The notes beneath the pieces were generated by a model. The model made no database searches, had not been told where the DNA came from, and worked only from the letters and a program-made list of their open reading frames with translations. A DNA stretch of 63,840 nucleotides, the filler included, from Octopus bimaculoides (Eukaryota): assembly GCF_001194135.2 (NCBI RefSeq). It is 6 parts of 6 records of this genome, joined end to end, with 100 filler letters (N's around TTAATTAATTAA, not from the genome) between each part and the next. Parts side by side here need not be neighbours in the genome. Positions count along the whole stretch, not along the records: positions 15,110 to 47,030 come from NC_068981.1; 5 more parts are not named here. One strand, given 5' to 3'. Below, in pieces: positions 25,207 to 37,180 of this stretch. Each line of letters begins with the position of its first letter. The stretch's first letter is position 1. A program made the position numbers and the translations under genes.

Positions 25207-26727
25207 NNNNNNNNNNNNNNNNNNNNNNNNNNNNNNNNNNNNNNNNNNNNNNNNNNNNNNNNNNNNNNNNNNNNNNNNNNNNNNNNNNNNNNNNNNNNNN
25301 NNNNNNNNNNNNNNNNNNNNNNNNNNNNNNNNNNNNNNNNNNNNNNNNNNNNNNNNNNNNNNNNNNNNNNNNNNNNNNNNNNNNNNNNNNNNNNNNNNNN
25401 NNNNNNNNNNNNNNNNNNNNNNNNNNNNNNNNNNNNNNNNNNNNNNNNNNNNNNNNNNNNNNNNNNNNNNNNNNNNNNNNNNNNNNNNNNNNNNNNNNNN
25501 NNNNNNNNNNNNNNNNNNNNNNNNNNNNNNNNNNNNNNNNNNNNNNNNNNNNNNNNNNNNNNNNNNNNNNNNNNNNNNNNNNNNNNNNNNNNNNNNNNNN
25601 NNNNNNNNNNNNNNNNNNNNNNNNNNNNNNNNNNNNNNNNNNNNNNNNNNNNNNNNNNNNNNNNNNNNNNNNNNNNNNNNNNNNNNNNNNNNNNNNNNNN
25701 NNNNNNNNNNNNNNNNNNNNNNNNNNNNNNNNNNNNNNNNNNNNNNNNNNNNNNNNNNNNNNNNNNNNNNNNNNNNNNNNNNNNNNNNNNNNNNNNNNNN
25801 NNNNNNNNNNNNNNNNNNNNNNNNNNNNNNNNNNNNNNNNNNNNNNNNNNNNNNNNNNNNNNNNNNNNNNNNNNNNNNNNNNNNNNNNNNNNNNNNNNNN
25901 NNNNNNNNNNNNNNNNNNNNNNNNNNNNNNNNNNATGTATGTATGTATGTGCAGATTTGTATGTCTTATGTATGTATTCTCATGCATATAGTTGCATATC
26001 TAGACATGCTCATATATACTTAAATGATAAACTCTGGAAGGTTTTACAGATTTTTATAGTTCCAGTGATGGACTGGATTTGTAGTCTTCGGATTAGCTTC
26101 TTCCTTTCTGGTTTTGAGAAGCCTAATTTCTCAAGCTTGGTATTTAGACAATGTGTTACATATTCCAGAGACCTGTATGTATGTGCGTATGTATGTCTGT
26201 ATGTATGTATGTATGAATGTATGCATGTATGTATGTATGTATTCAGATGTAGGACTAGTATCCAAAATGTCAAGACTTTTTCTCTTCGTTTTAAGCTAAT
26301 TACCTCCTTACCTATCTCTCTGGCTCTCTGTCTGTCTATTTGTCTCTCATTTTGTATATTTGCATACATATGTGAAGGTGTGTGGCGTAATGGTTATGAT
26401 GTTACACACATTACTGAGAGATTATGGCTTTGTTTCCGGACTGGGTAGCACATTGTATTCTTGAGCAAAACACTTCATTTCACATTGTTTTTTGATCATT
26501 TTGACATCTGACGTGTAGCACGCTTGCCTAACTGTTCGGGCAACGTCGCTTTGATGGATGGAGTAAACTAATGATTATTCTACCCCTCCCCTTACTAAAG
26601 GTAAGAAACCAAGCAGCTCTGTCCCCCACTTCCTTTCTTGTCCTTTAACCCCTCATCCCACAGCATAAAGCTGACCCCTCTTCCTTCAGGGTTTATAATT
26701 TTATGAGCTGCATGATGGCCTCGGTGT

Positions 26728-27107
26728 GGAGGTGCAATGGCCCAGTGGTTAGGGCAGCGGACTCGCGGTCATAGGATTGCGGTTTTGATTCCCAGACCGG
26801 GCGTTGTGAGTGTTTATTGAGCAAAAACACCTAAAGCTCCACGAGGCTCTGACAGGGGATGGTGGCGATACCTGCTGTACTCTTTCACCACAACTTTCTC
26901 TCACTCTTACTTCCTGTTTCTGTTGTGCCTGTACTTCAAAGGGTCAGCCTTGTCGCACTGTGCCACGCTGAATATCCCCGAGAAGTACGTTAAGGGTACA
27001 CGTGTCTGTGGAGTGCTCAGCCACTTGCACGTTAATTTCACGAGCAGTCTGTTCTGTTGATCGGATCGACTGGAACCCTCGACGTCGTAAGCGACGGAGT
27101 GCCAACA
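26728..27107 (+). mobile_element. tRNA-derived SINE family B
   Basis: A box TGGCCCAGTGG, B-box-like GGTTTTGATTCC, conserved body GCCACTTGCACGTTAATTTCACGAGCAG; second copy 27407-27724; partial heads near 19546, 26385 and 44998. Confidence 0.85.
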
Positions 27108-27119
27108 GATGGTCTCAGT

Positions 27120-27302
27120 AGTGCTGGTGGTAAAAATAGCATTCAATCTGCATGGTAAAGTAGATGGCATTAGGAATGGCATCCAGCCATTGAAACCATG
27201 CCAAAGCAAGCACTGGGGCATGATGCAATCCTTGGACTCATCAGATCCTGTCAATCCATCCATACCAGCATGGAACATGGGCATCAAATGATGATGATGA
27301 TA
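27120..27302 (+). mobile_element. RTE LINE 3' UTR
   Basis: GGCATTAGGAATGGCATCCAGCC..CCAGCATGGAA..(GAT)n. Confidence 0.7.
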
Positions 27303-27406
27303 ATGATATATACATATATACATGCATACATACACACATACATACATATGTTATCAAATGATGATGCATACATGCATACATGCATACATACATACATACA
27401 TACAGT

Positions 27407-27724
27407 GAAGGTGCATGGCTTAGTGGTTAGGGCATTCGGCTCACGATCGTAAGGCCGTGGGTTCAATTCCCGGCGACGTGTTGTGTCATCTGGCAAGACA
27501 CTTTATTTCACGTTGCTTGCTCCAGTCCACTCAGCTGGCAAAAACAAGTAGTACCTGTGTTTCAAAGGGCCAACCATGTCTGTGTCATGCTGAATCTCCC
27601 TGAGAACTATGTTAACGGAACACGTGTCTGTAGATTACTCAGCCACTTGCATGTTAATTTCACGAGCAGGCTGTTCCGTTGATCTTATCAGCTGGGACCC
27701 TCATCGTCATAACCGACGGAGTGC
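27407..27724 (+). mobile_element. SINE family B, copy 2
   Basis: TGGCTTAGTGG, GGTTCAATTCC, CORE-like GGCAAGACACTTTATTTCAC, same body as 26728-27107. Confidence 0.85.
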
Positions 27725-28679
27725 TCCTATACATACATACATACATACATACATACATACATACAGTTATAATTATATAGATATAATGAAGAGTCTGATT
27801 TTGGTATCTGCCAACAAAGTTTAATAATTACACTCTTCAACAAATATTGAGTACTTTTGCTCTAATTCATTATATAAAAAAAAGAACACACGTGTGTGTG
27901 TGTAGCTTGCATGTATGTATGTATGTATGTATGTATGTACATAAGCTCAACGAAAGGATATTCTGAAAGCTGGCACCAGTGGAACTTTTCATATTTTCCG
28001 CATAAATGGCCTCAATTTTTAGAAAATCACAATAAATCTAACACAGTTGTATTTGGTATTAGCAAACCTCCTGATTAAAACTTCCCCTTACTATAAATTA
28101 TACTCAGAACTGAACATCTATGATCTCTCAATCACTATTCCATATTCAATTTAATTCAGTTCAATACAATTTATTGTCATTGTATTTTTACAATGAAAAT
28201 CTCTTTGAAGCTTAAGTAACAATATTGATTCAAACATCTTAAAACAACAACCATGTAATAACATTTGATAACATATGATAGAACACTGATAATACTAAAT
28301 TATATGAATAATTTTTAAATGAAGTGTAAGGATATGATGCAAGGAGGGGGGGGGTGCAGTCTGTCTTTTGTTTCTATGTTCTTCTATAAACCTAATTAAC
28401 ATATTGAATAGATTATAGAGATATAAATTGACCTCAATACACAGCTGGTATCAGATATGATACAACAAGGTATATTGTCTGATGCTATAATGATTCTTTT
28501 ATCAACCTCAAATGATTGAAAGACAAATACCACAAGGCCTTTTTATCCTCTAATAGTTCTGCCAATTGATCACCTATATAATAATGCTATTTATTTTAAT
28601 TTAGGCAAAAAGGATGATAATAATTTTGAGGTGTTCAGAATTTGCGAAGAACATGATGAACTCATAGGTCAGAGATAGC

Positions 28680-29010
28680 TCAACCCACTTTAAGCGAATG
28701 CTGAGTACCTGAGTACTTGGCTGGTTCTTTATTTTATTAAACCCAGAAGCATGAAAGGCAAAGTTGACTTCTGCAGGATTTGAACTCTGCAAAAGGTGGC
28801 AAGCTGGCAGAATCATTGGCACGTAGGACGAAATGCTTAGCGGTGTTTCACTCGCCAGTACATTCTGAGTTCAAATTCCGCTAAGGTCGACTTTACCTTT
28901 CATCCTTTCGGGGTCGATAAATTAAGTACTAGTGAAATACTGGGATTGATCTAATTGATTGGCCCCGTCACCCAAAACTTTCAGGCCTTGTGCCTAGATT
29001 AGAAAAGGAT
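28680..29010. mobile_element. Head-to-head pair of SINE C copies (- 28680-28790, + 28794-29010)
   Basis: GAAAGGCAAAGTTGAC..GGATTTGAACTC immediately followed by GGTGGCAAGCTGGCAGAATC..GAGTTCAAATTCC. Confidence 0.8.
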
Positions 29011-29029
29011 TTGAACTCTGAATGTAAAA

Positions 29030-29687
29030 AGTAACACCATTCCATGGACTGAGCCTTCGTTTCTGGATCATGAAGATATGCTCAAATTTTATCCCCTGTC
29101 ACTAGACTGGAAAAATTTTTTTTAAATGCCTTCATTCGTTGATTTTAAACTCTTCCAGCTAATTAGAGAAGACTTCCACTCTTCTCTCATTGAAGCTGGG
29201 TGTCATCTGCCAAGGTACCTACTGGCACACACGTCCCATTATTAAAAGTCTTCCACCATCTTCTGTAATGCATTGTGACCACAGTCCAGTTGTGCAGGAA
29301 GCTCATGGATGGTCACTTCTCTGTTCATGTTAATCAATTCATTCACCCACCGGTGATTTAAGGTAGTGGTCACAGTTGATGGTCTCCCACAATATGGTTT
29401 GTCTTCAATGCTGGTTTCTCCTTCTTTCAACCTCTTCATCCATTTGTACTTATTGTTCTTGCCAATGAAGTAATCTCTGTAAACAATCTGTAGCCTTTTG
29501 TAGAAATCAGACAACCTGCACCCATTCTTCACCAAGAACTCAATGACAGTACATTGCTTCTGCTTGGAACTCATTATTCATCTCCAGAGTTGCTATGGAC
29601 AAAGGGTTACTCTACCAACATGCTTAATTTGAATGACCTAAAGTAAATTACGCTTACTTTTGCATAACTGTCATTACACCCCTCATA
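29030..29687 (-). mobile_element. Mariner relic (left TIR, HTH domain, start of catalytic domain)
   Basis: TA-TGAGGGGTGTAATGACAGTTATGCAA TIR-like end at 29687; MSSKQKQCTVIEFLVKNG..KWMKRLKEGETSIEDKPYCGRP; SLVTGD..HDPETKAQSMEW. Confidence 0.9.
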
Positions 29688-30099
29688 AATATCAACTAAA
29701 ATGGAAATGTTACCTACATCTGGAAAGATAAACTCTTTCAAACTTCTAATTCTTATGAACAACCCTTGACTTCCAAGATATCCCATCGGTATACAAATCA
29801 GGACCATCACAATTGTCCATGACCTCCACCCTGTCCAAAACAACATGTTTTGAAATATGGCTCTTCTTTACAGGGAGTCATTTTCAGTGTTCTCCTTTTT
29901 TTATACATTCAGAATTAACATCATTATTCTTTGATTAGTTAATTCTTACAGTCAACTCTCACCACCCGAGGGAGCCACTTTATGGTTACTCAACCTGTTA
30001 GAAACAACAGCTAAATCTCTGTCTTATCACACTTATTTTAAAAAAGAAAGAACACTCTAGATAACTGATGATGTAACAACTAGTTTCTGGAAGTATAGA

Positions 30100-30417
30100 A
30101 TCATGACTGACATCCGTGCTAGTGGAGTTTTAAGAGCACCATCTGATTGTGATTGTGGCCAGGACCGTTGCATGGCCTCCGTGCCCATGGCACGTAAAAA
30201 ATACCATTTGAGTGTGATCGTTACCAGTGTCGACTTACTGGCACTTGTGCCAGTGGTATGTGGAGTGGTTGGCATTAGGAAGGGCATCCAGGTGTAGAAA
30301 CTCTGCCAGATCAGATTGGAGCCTGGTGCAGCCAACTGGCTCACTAGTCCCCAGTCAAACCGTCCAGCCCATGCCAGCATGGAAAGCAGACGTTAAACGA
30401 TGATGATGATGATGATG
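30100..30417 (+). mobile_element. RTE LINE 3' UTR with tandem unit and (GAT)n tail
   Basis: Same unit as 35755-35820; ends GACGTTAAACGATGATGATG. Confidence 0.8.
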
Positions 30418-30646
30418 ACTATTGTATAGTATTAGACATAAATCAACTGTAGGAATATCTCTAATAAAATTATTAGTAACACCATGCAGTATAATTTTCA
30501 ACATAGTTCTGTTGGTGAAAGTAAATTTTATATTTATTCAAATTAAGTATGTAAGCCAACAGAACTATGTTGAAAATTATACTGTATGGTGTTACTAATA
30601 ATTTTATTAGAGATATTCCTACAGTTGATTTATTTCTAATACTATA

Positions 30647-31058
30647 GGCGTAGGAGTGGCTGTGTAGTAAGTAGCTTGCTTACCAACCACATGGTTCCGG
30701 GTTCAGTCCCACTGCATGGCACCTTGGGCAAGTGTCTTCTACTATAGCCTCGGGCTGACCAAAGCCTTGTGAGTGGATTTGGTAGACGGAAACTGAAAGA
30801 AGCCTGTCGTATATATGTATATATGTATATATATGTGTGTGTGTGTAGATGTTTGTGTGTCTGTGTTTGTCTCCCCAACATTGCTTGACAACCGATGGTG
30901 GTGTGTTTACGTCCCCGTAACATTAGCGGTTCGGCAAAAAGAGACCGACAGAGTAAGTGCTAGGCTTACAAAGAATAAGTCCTGGGGTTGATTTTCTAGA
31001 CTAAAGGCGGTGCTCCAGCATGGCCACAGTCAAATGACTGAAACAAGTAAAAGAGTAA
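30647..31058 (+). mobile_element. Full-length SINE family A (head, internal TA/TG microsatellite, tail)
   Basis: Head GGCGTAGGAGTGGC..; tail ..GGCGGTGCTCCAGCATGGCCACAGTCAAATGACTGAAACAAGTAAAAGAG; an inverted tail copy follows at about 31105-31310. Confidence 0.88.
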
Positions 31059-31383
31059 CTCAAGTAGTATTGTTACTTTATTGCAGTATTGATTTAAAGG
31101 TATTCATATCATTTATCTTTACTTGTTTCAGTCACTGAGCTGCAACGATGCAGGGATAGGACGTGGAAGGGTTTTAGTTTAACAAACTGACCCTAGTACT
31201 TTCCTTTATTGTAAGTGTCTTTTGGTGAGCAACTGCTGGACATAAACGAACTGTTACTGGTTGTTGAGCGGTGTAAGGACAAACGCAGTCACAAAAACAC
31301 ATACACGCACACACATACACGTGTGTATGTGTAGAATCAGCAGATGAGATCCAGAGATGCTGAATATAGAAATCACTTTGTAG

Positions 31384-31470
31384 TGCTCAAATGATTTGAA
31401 CTTACACTCTGAAATCTTCCCTGAGGACTCTAAGTCTGTGGATTTAAGAGTGACTATAAGAGGAATTCAG
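31384..31470 (+). CDS. Candidate 87-nt phase 0-0 exon, CSNDLNLHSEIFPEDSKSVDLRVTIRGIQ
   Basis: ATCACTTTGTAG acceptor, CAG|GTGAGC donor, length a multiple of 3, only one open frame; no homology confirmed. Confidence 0.35.
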
Positions 31471-31559
31471 GTGAGCTTTTATGAAGATAATGGAGCAAAT
31501 AAACAAATGAAACTGCTTGGGCTGCATCATCATCATCATATAATAAAATATACACTAAA

Positions 31560-31710
31560 GCTTTTTTTATTCTCTCTCTGTTTATTTCCTCATGTTTTAT
31601 TTCTTTTCTGTTGAAGAGCATAGGATCGAAATGAGCATTAAACTAATACACCTGTTTGTTGTTTATACACCTGTCTTCATCTTTTGTTTTCTTGTAAATT
31701 CCAGTTATAT
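31560..31710 (+). mobile_element. Hammerhead-like short repeat, copy 2 (internally deleted)
   Basis: TTTCTGTTGAAGAGCATAGGATCGAAA followed by TTAAACTAATACACCTGTTTGTTGTTTATACAC shared with 51645-51890. Confidence 0.65.
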
Positions 31711-32137
31711 ACATATAAATAGAGAGAGAGACAAAGACTGGTGACTTTCAGACAATGAACATTCCTGTATAAATATATAGACTAGTTATATATTAACAGA
31801 GCAGACTTACACAGACTTACACAGAGTACAAAGACACAAAAAATTAAGGGGAGAAGATAAGGTATAACTGGTCTGACAGCTGTTTCTGGGGGCTCAAAAT
31901 TACTTCCTAATGTTGGCAGATGTAATTTGCAAAAAGACAAGGATATGTGACCAATAGTGAAAGCATATAAACATTAGGTAAATCCAGCCTCTGTCTTCAG
32001 TGTGGGGAAATAGGTAACTAATATGTACATGTTTTTCTGTGTGTATGTGTGTGTGTGTAAATATATTTATACACACACACATACACATATAAATTCATAT
32101 ACATATTTATAAATATATATCTATATATATCTATATA

Positions 32138-32187
<50 letters not shown>

Positions 32188-32870
32188 AAAATGAAAAAAA
32201 GCCAGAATGCTGAACTGGAAGCATAATTTAATAAAGATATTTTCTAACCGGTTTTCATTGCGGTGGAGCAAATTATCAAGAAGAAGGAGAATGAAAATGT
32301 ATGTGTATATATATATATACACACACATACATATCTATGTACACTGGACGTCCACACAGTTTCCATCAACCAAATACATCCTCAAGGCAACTACTGTGTA
32401 GCACTTGGCCAAAGTGCTACACAGTAGAACTGAAACCAAAACCATGTGTTTGCCGAGTAAGCTCCTTAAACACACAATGATAAAATTCAAAATACTCTTT
32501 TAAAAATTGAACTGCTTAGAAAGAGAATCAAAACCCCATCTTCTAAAGAGGAGAGGAAATGGAAATGTTTAAAATTCATGCTTTCTTTGGCAGCAGTAGC
32601 AGCAAGTGAAGTACATGTAACCAGGAATTGAAAATGAGTTTCTCACTTGGCTGTTTTGTTGCACTTGTCTCTCATCAATAAAGCACTTAATGGTTCTTAG
32701 AGATTGCATTTCCTTTATCTGTTAAGTATTATTATATGTTAACCAAGCAGAACTGTTCAACATGGCTTGTGTAGTTATAAACTAATACAATTCACAGTCT
32801 GTATGTTTCATTATTCTTCAACAAGAAACAGCGTATTAAAGATGTATCTCCAACATTGATAATACTTTAC

Positions 32871-32907
<37 letters not shown>

Positions 32908-33228
32908 ACAGACACACACACACAGAAGCACATGTACACACACACACAATCTTTAATGAAATAATCAACATCAATCAAATAATAAATTCGACCCACCCCA
33001 CCTCACTCTCTTCGTCACCTATGCATGTCTTCACAACACAAAAAAGATACTGATGTTTCTCTTGTTCTAACATATTCTTCAGAGACTGGTCAGCAAACTT
33101 TAACTTGAGCTGGAAATAGAAAACAAGGTATATAAATGCAGTGAAGAAAGCAGAAGACAGTAGCTCATAGCTGAGCTTAAAAACAAGAGATCAATTAGTA
33201 GAAGACAGTGGCTCATAGCTGTGCTTAA

Positions 33229-33448
33229 CCCTTTCGTTACTAACCCAACTGAAACTGGCTCTGGCTCTGAGTACAAATGTCTTGTTTTCATAAGTTTTGA
33301 ATTAAAATCTTCCACCAAACCTTAGTCACAATTTATGTTCCTAACACTAATTGAATGATAACTGAGTTGTTTTACTAAATTCTTTGTTATATTTAAAGTA
33401 ATTGAAAGAAACACAGAGCATCTCAAAATGAATACAATAACAGAAGGG
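33229..33448. mobile_element. 220-bp piggyBac-like MITE, copy 1
   Basis: TTAA|CCCTTTCGTTA...TAACAGAAGGG|TTAA: TTAA duplication and CCC-initiated TIRs. Confidence 0.85.
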
Positions 33449-33636
33449 TTAAACAAGGGATTAATCAGTAGAAAACAGTAGCTCATAGCTGAGCTCAAAC
33501 AAGGTATCAACCAGTAGAAGACGGTAGCTTGTAGCTGTACTTAAACAAGGGATCAATCAGTAGAAGACAGTGGCTCATAGCTGTACTTAAACAAGGGATC
33601 AATTAGTAAAAGACAGTGGCTCATAGCTGTGCTTAA

Positions 33637-33856
33637 CCCTTTCGTTACCAACCCAGCTGAAACTGGCTCTGGCTCTGAGTACAAATGCCTTGTTTTCATA
33701 AGTTTTCAGTTAAAATCTTCCACCAAACCTTAGTTACAATTTATGTTCCTAACACTAACTGAATGATAACTGAGTTGTTTTACTAATTTCTTTGTTATAT
33801 TTAAAGTAATTGAAAGAAACACAGAGCATCTCAAAATAAATACAATAACAGAAGGG
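33637..33856. mobile_element. 220-bp piggyBac-like MITE, copy 2
   Basis: Same termini and near-identical sequence at offset 408. Confidence 0.85.
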
Positions 33857-33908
33857 TTAAACAAGGGATTAATCAGTAGAAAACAGTAGCTCGTCATCAT
33901 CATTGTCA

Positions 33909-34085
33909 TCTCATCTTCATCGTTGTCGTTTCATCTTCATCGTTGTCGTTTCATCTTCATCGTTGTCGTCTCATCTTCATCGTTGTCGTCTCGTCTTCAT
34001 TGTTGTCGTCTCGTCTTCATCGTTGTCATCTCGTCTTCATCGTTGTCATCTCATTTTCATCATTGTTGTCTCATCTTCATCATTC
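33909..34085. repeat. 21-bp tandem repeat (about 8 copies) TCTCATCTTCATCGTTGTCGT
   Basis: Direct reading; grades into (CAT)n-like sequence. Confidence 0.9.
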
Positions 34086-34350
34086 TCATCACAATTAGCT
34101 TCATTAACATTTCATCATCATCATTATCATTATCCTCTTCCTTCTCTTTGTAACTATCAGCATCAACATCACCCACTCCTTCATCTTCTCCTTTACCACC
34201 ATCACCACCACCATCATCATCATTGTTGTCATCAAGTGGTGGTAAGAGTAGATGAGTTAATCTTAGCAATGTTAATCACCATACTAATTATCACTGCTCC
34301 ACCATTAAATCAAGCTCTCTTTTTTTTGTTTGTCTTACCTGTTCTGATAG

Positions 34351-34386
34351 CGATAACCATTGGCTGAAAACTGCTGGTGTGACAAG
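34351..34386 (+). CDS. Candidate 36-nt phase 2-2 micro-exon (DNHWLKTAGVT)
   Basis: Long polypyrimidine tract + TAG acceptor, AAG|GTATGT donor, then a second strong acceptor at 34461. Confidence 0.3.
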
Positions 34387-35061
34387 GTATGTTTTAGTGA
34401 CTTGTTCTAAATACAGCAGAGGGCAAATGATGTTGACACCTTTTCCATTTTGCTATTTCAGACTCTACAATAATTACAAGCTGCAAAGTCAATCAACCCC
34501 TCTCAGACTATTCTCTCACCTTAATCTTCGTTAACCTCCTTAGCTAGTATGTCCTTTCTATTCCATTTCTCTGTCTTATAATAATAATAATTCATTAAAA
34601 GCAAGTGGCATCAAGCAGTGAGATTACTAAGTTGAGACTGGATTAAAAGTTAATTAAAAGTGCCATCTTCATACTGGCATCAAGAATTCTATTAAGAAAG
34701 AGTTTGTGAAAGTTAGTGGAATACCTGCTGCTCTTTACAATTAAATAGTTCAGCATTTATTTGTATCATTGCCAGGTTTACACTGTGTGTTGATGCAATT
34801 AAGATCATGTCAGTAGCCTTCTCCTGTTATCTGCTTTCAAACACCACATTAAGACAATTTTCTGTTCAACACCGTGTAAACTCCATTATATACGAGACAA
34901 TTTCAATTTAAAAGCCCCATAGATGTATTGAAATCTTTTTCATGTATATTTTCCTTACTGATAATCTTTCTAATTTCTTTCTTTCCTTCCTTTTTTTCAT
35001 TCTTTCTTATTTATTGGTGTATTTATTCCAGCATTATTCTATATCAAAATGGTCCTGAAAG

Positions 35062-35098
<37 letters not shown>

Positions 35099-35099
35099 T

Positions 35100-35358
35100 T
35101 TCTACGATAGGCGCAAAGCTTGAAATTTTGGTGGGAGTTGAGTGGTTGATTTCATTGACACCTGTACTCAACAGGTATTTATTTTATTGCACTCCCTCTC
35201 CCAAAAGGCTGGAAGGTAAAGTTGACCTTGGTTACATTTACACTTAGAATGTAAAGAAGGGCCATATGCTAAAGAAGGGGCCATATGCTGCTAAGCGTGT
35301 TTGTGATTCTGCCAGCTTGCTGCCTTCATCCAGAACATACAACAACAACAACAACAAC

Positions 35359-35418
<60 letters not shown>

Positions 35419-35550
35419 CCTTTCTACTAAAGACACAAGGCCTGAAATTTGGGGAAGGGGACTTGTCAATTACATCAACCCCAGTGTTTCACTGGTACTT
35501 AATCTATTCACTCTGAAAGGACGAAAGGCAAAGTTGACCTTGGCATAATT
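35100..35550 (-). mobile_element. Two SINE C copies separated by (AAC)n/(AAT)n
   Basis: GAAAGGCAAAGTTGACCT..ATTTGAACTCAGA; GCTAAGCG..GATTCTGCCAGCTTGC. Confidence 0.75.
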
Positions 35551-36135
35551 TGAACTCAGAAATCAAAATCGAACCAAATTCGACGACTGGCACCCATGCC
35601 AACCTCTCCTTCATTGGACACTAAACTCGGCTTGCGAAGACCTGTTGGGGCAAGCGAAATCTCGAAATCGTGTTGGCACCTGTACCAGTGGAACGCTAAG
35701 AGCACCTTCCGAGCGTGATCATTGCCAGAGCAGCTGTCTGGCTTCTGTGCCAGTGGCACGTAAATAGCACCATTTGAGCGTGATCGTTACCAGTGTCGAC
35801 TTACTGGCACTTGTGCCAGTGGCACGTAAAAATACATTCGAGCGAGATCATTGCGAGTGCCGCTGGATTGGCTCCCGTGCAGGTGACACGTAAAAGACAC
35901 CATTTTGAGCGTAGCCGTTGCCAGTACCGCCTGACTGGCCTTCATGCCAGTGACAAGTAAAAGCACCCACTACACTCTCAGAGTGGTTGGTGTTAGGAAG
36001 GGCATCCAGTTGTAGAAACTCTGCCAGATCAAATTGGAGCCTGGTGTAACCATCTGGTTCACCAGTCCACAGTCAAATCGTCCAACCCATGCTAGCATGG
36101 AAGGTGGACATTAAACGATGATGATGACGATGATG
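35550..36135 (+). mobile_element. RTE LINE 3' UTR with ~65-bp tandem array and (GAT)n tail
   Basis: Repeated GTGCCAGTGGCACGTAAA..CACCATTTGAGCG; ends GGACATTAAACGATGATGATG. Confidence 0.82.
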
Positions 36136-36599
36136 ATGGTTAACGTAGACAAAATACTGCTGAACATTTCGTCCAGCGTGCTAACGATTCTGACAACTCA
36201 CCGCCTTGACAACAACAACAGCAACAACAACAACAACAATAATAATGGTTTCAAATTTTGCCACAAGGGCAGCAGTTTTTTTTTTGGGGGGGGGAGGGTT
36301 TGAGTTGATTACATCATTCTGTGTTCAAATTCCGGTTGATCTAATCGACTGGCCCTCTCCCACAAACTTTCGAGCCTTGTGCCTAGAGTACAAAAGAATG
36401 TGCTGCCCAGTCCAGGAATTGAATTCACAGTTTATGATCAAGAGTCCAACTCCCTAACTATTATGCTATATTTTTTTTACTACTCACCTTAATAAAGCAG
36501 TTAAATGTACAAAAGTTTACAGCTAGCATTTTATGTTGTGAGATATTGACAAAGATTATACTTTGTAAATTGAAATATGTAGTTATATTCTTCTGCTAG

Positions 36600-37180
36600 T
36601 TTCAGTCATTTGACTGCAGCCATGATGGAGCACTGCTTTTAGTCGAACAAATCTACCCCAGGGCTTATTCTTTATAAGCCTCTTTTGTCAAACAGCTAAG
36701 TTACGGGGACGTAAACACACCAACATCGGTTGTCAAATGATTGTGGGGAGACAAACACAGACACACACACAAATATATACATATATATATTCTGAGACCC
36801 CCTTCGGTCATGACTGACCATGGGATTGCGCCTAGAAAGTTACCCTCCGAGGCACAAGTCCGGACAAGGTTGTTTATGAAAGACCAGTAGTCGCCCATGC
36901 ATACCGGCCTTCTCTCTCCACGCCACCAGTGTTATCCAAGAGAAAGGCAAAGACTGATACAGCTTGGCACCTGTGACGTCGCAACTCATTTCTACAGCTG
37001 TCTATATGTATATAAAACGGGCTTCTTTCAGTTTCCACCTACCAAATCCACTCACAACGCTTTGGTCAGCATGAGACTATAGTAGAAAACACTTGATCAA
37101 GGTGCTACGCAGTGCGACTGAACCTGGAACCATGTGGTTGGTAAGTAAGCTTCTTACCACGCAGCCGCCCCTGTGCCTGT
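36600..37180 (-). mobile_element. SINE A tail (36600-36790) and head (37015-37180) interrupted by another repeat
   Basis: TTTCAGTCATTTGACTGCAGCCATG..GGAGCAC; GGGCTTCTTTCAGTTTCC..ACCATGTGGTTGGTAAG. Confidence 0.7.

Larger units (their letters stand above)
33140..33891. repeat. 46-bp minisatellite carrying two MITE insertions (408-bp tandem duplication)
   Basis: Unit TTAAACAAGGGATCAATCAGTAGAAGACAGTGGCTCATAGCTGTAC at period 46 (33449, 33495, 33541, 33587, 33633). Confidence 0.92.

Noticed and set aside
29658-29719. Minus-strand exon-like segment (DVGNISILVDIYEGCNDSYAK) with good splice sites
   Set aside because: Half of it is the mariner terminal inverted repeat, so the signals are probably incidental.
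35660-35960. Repeat-spacer-looking array as CRISPR
   Set aside because: The spacers are homologous to each other and shared among LINE copies.
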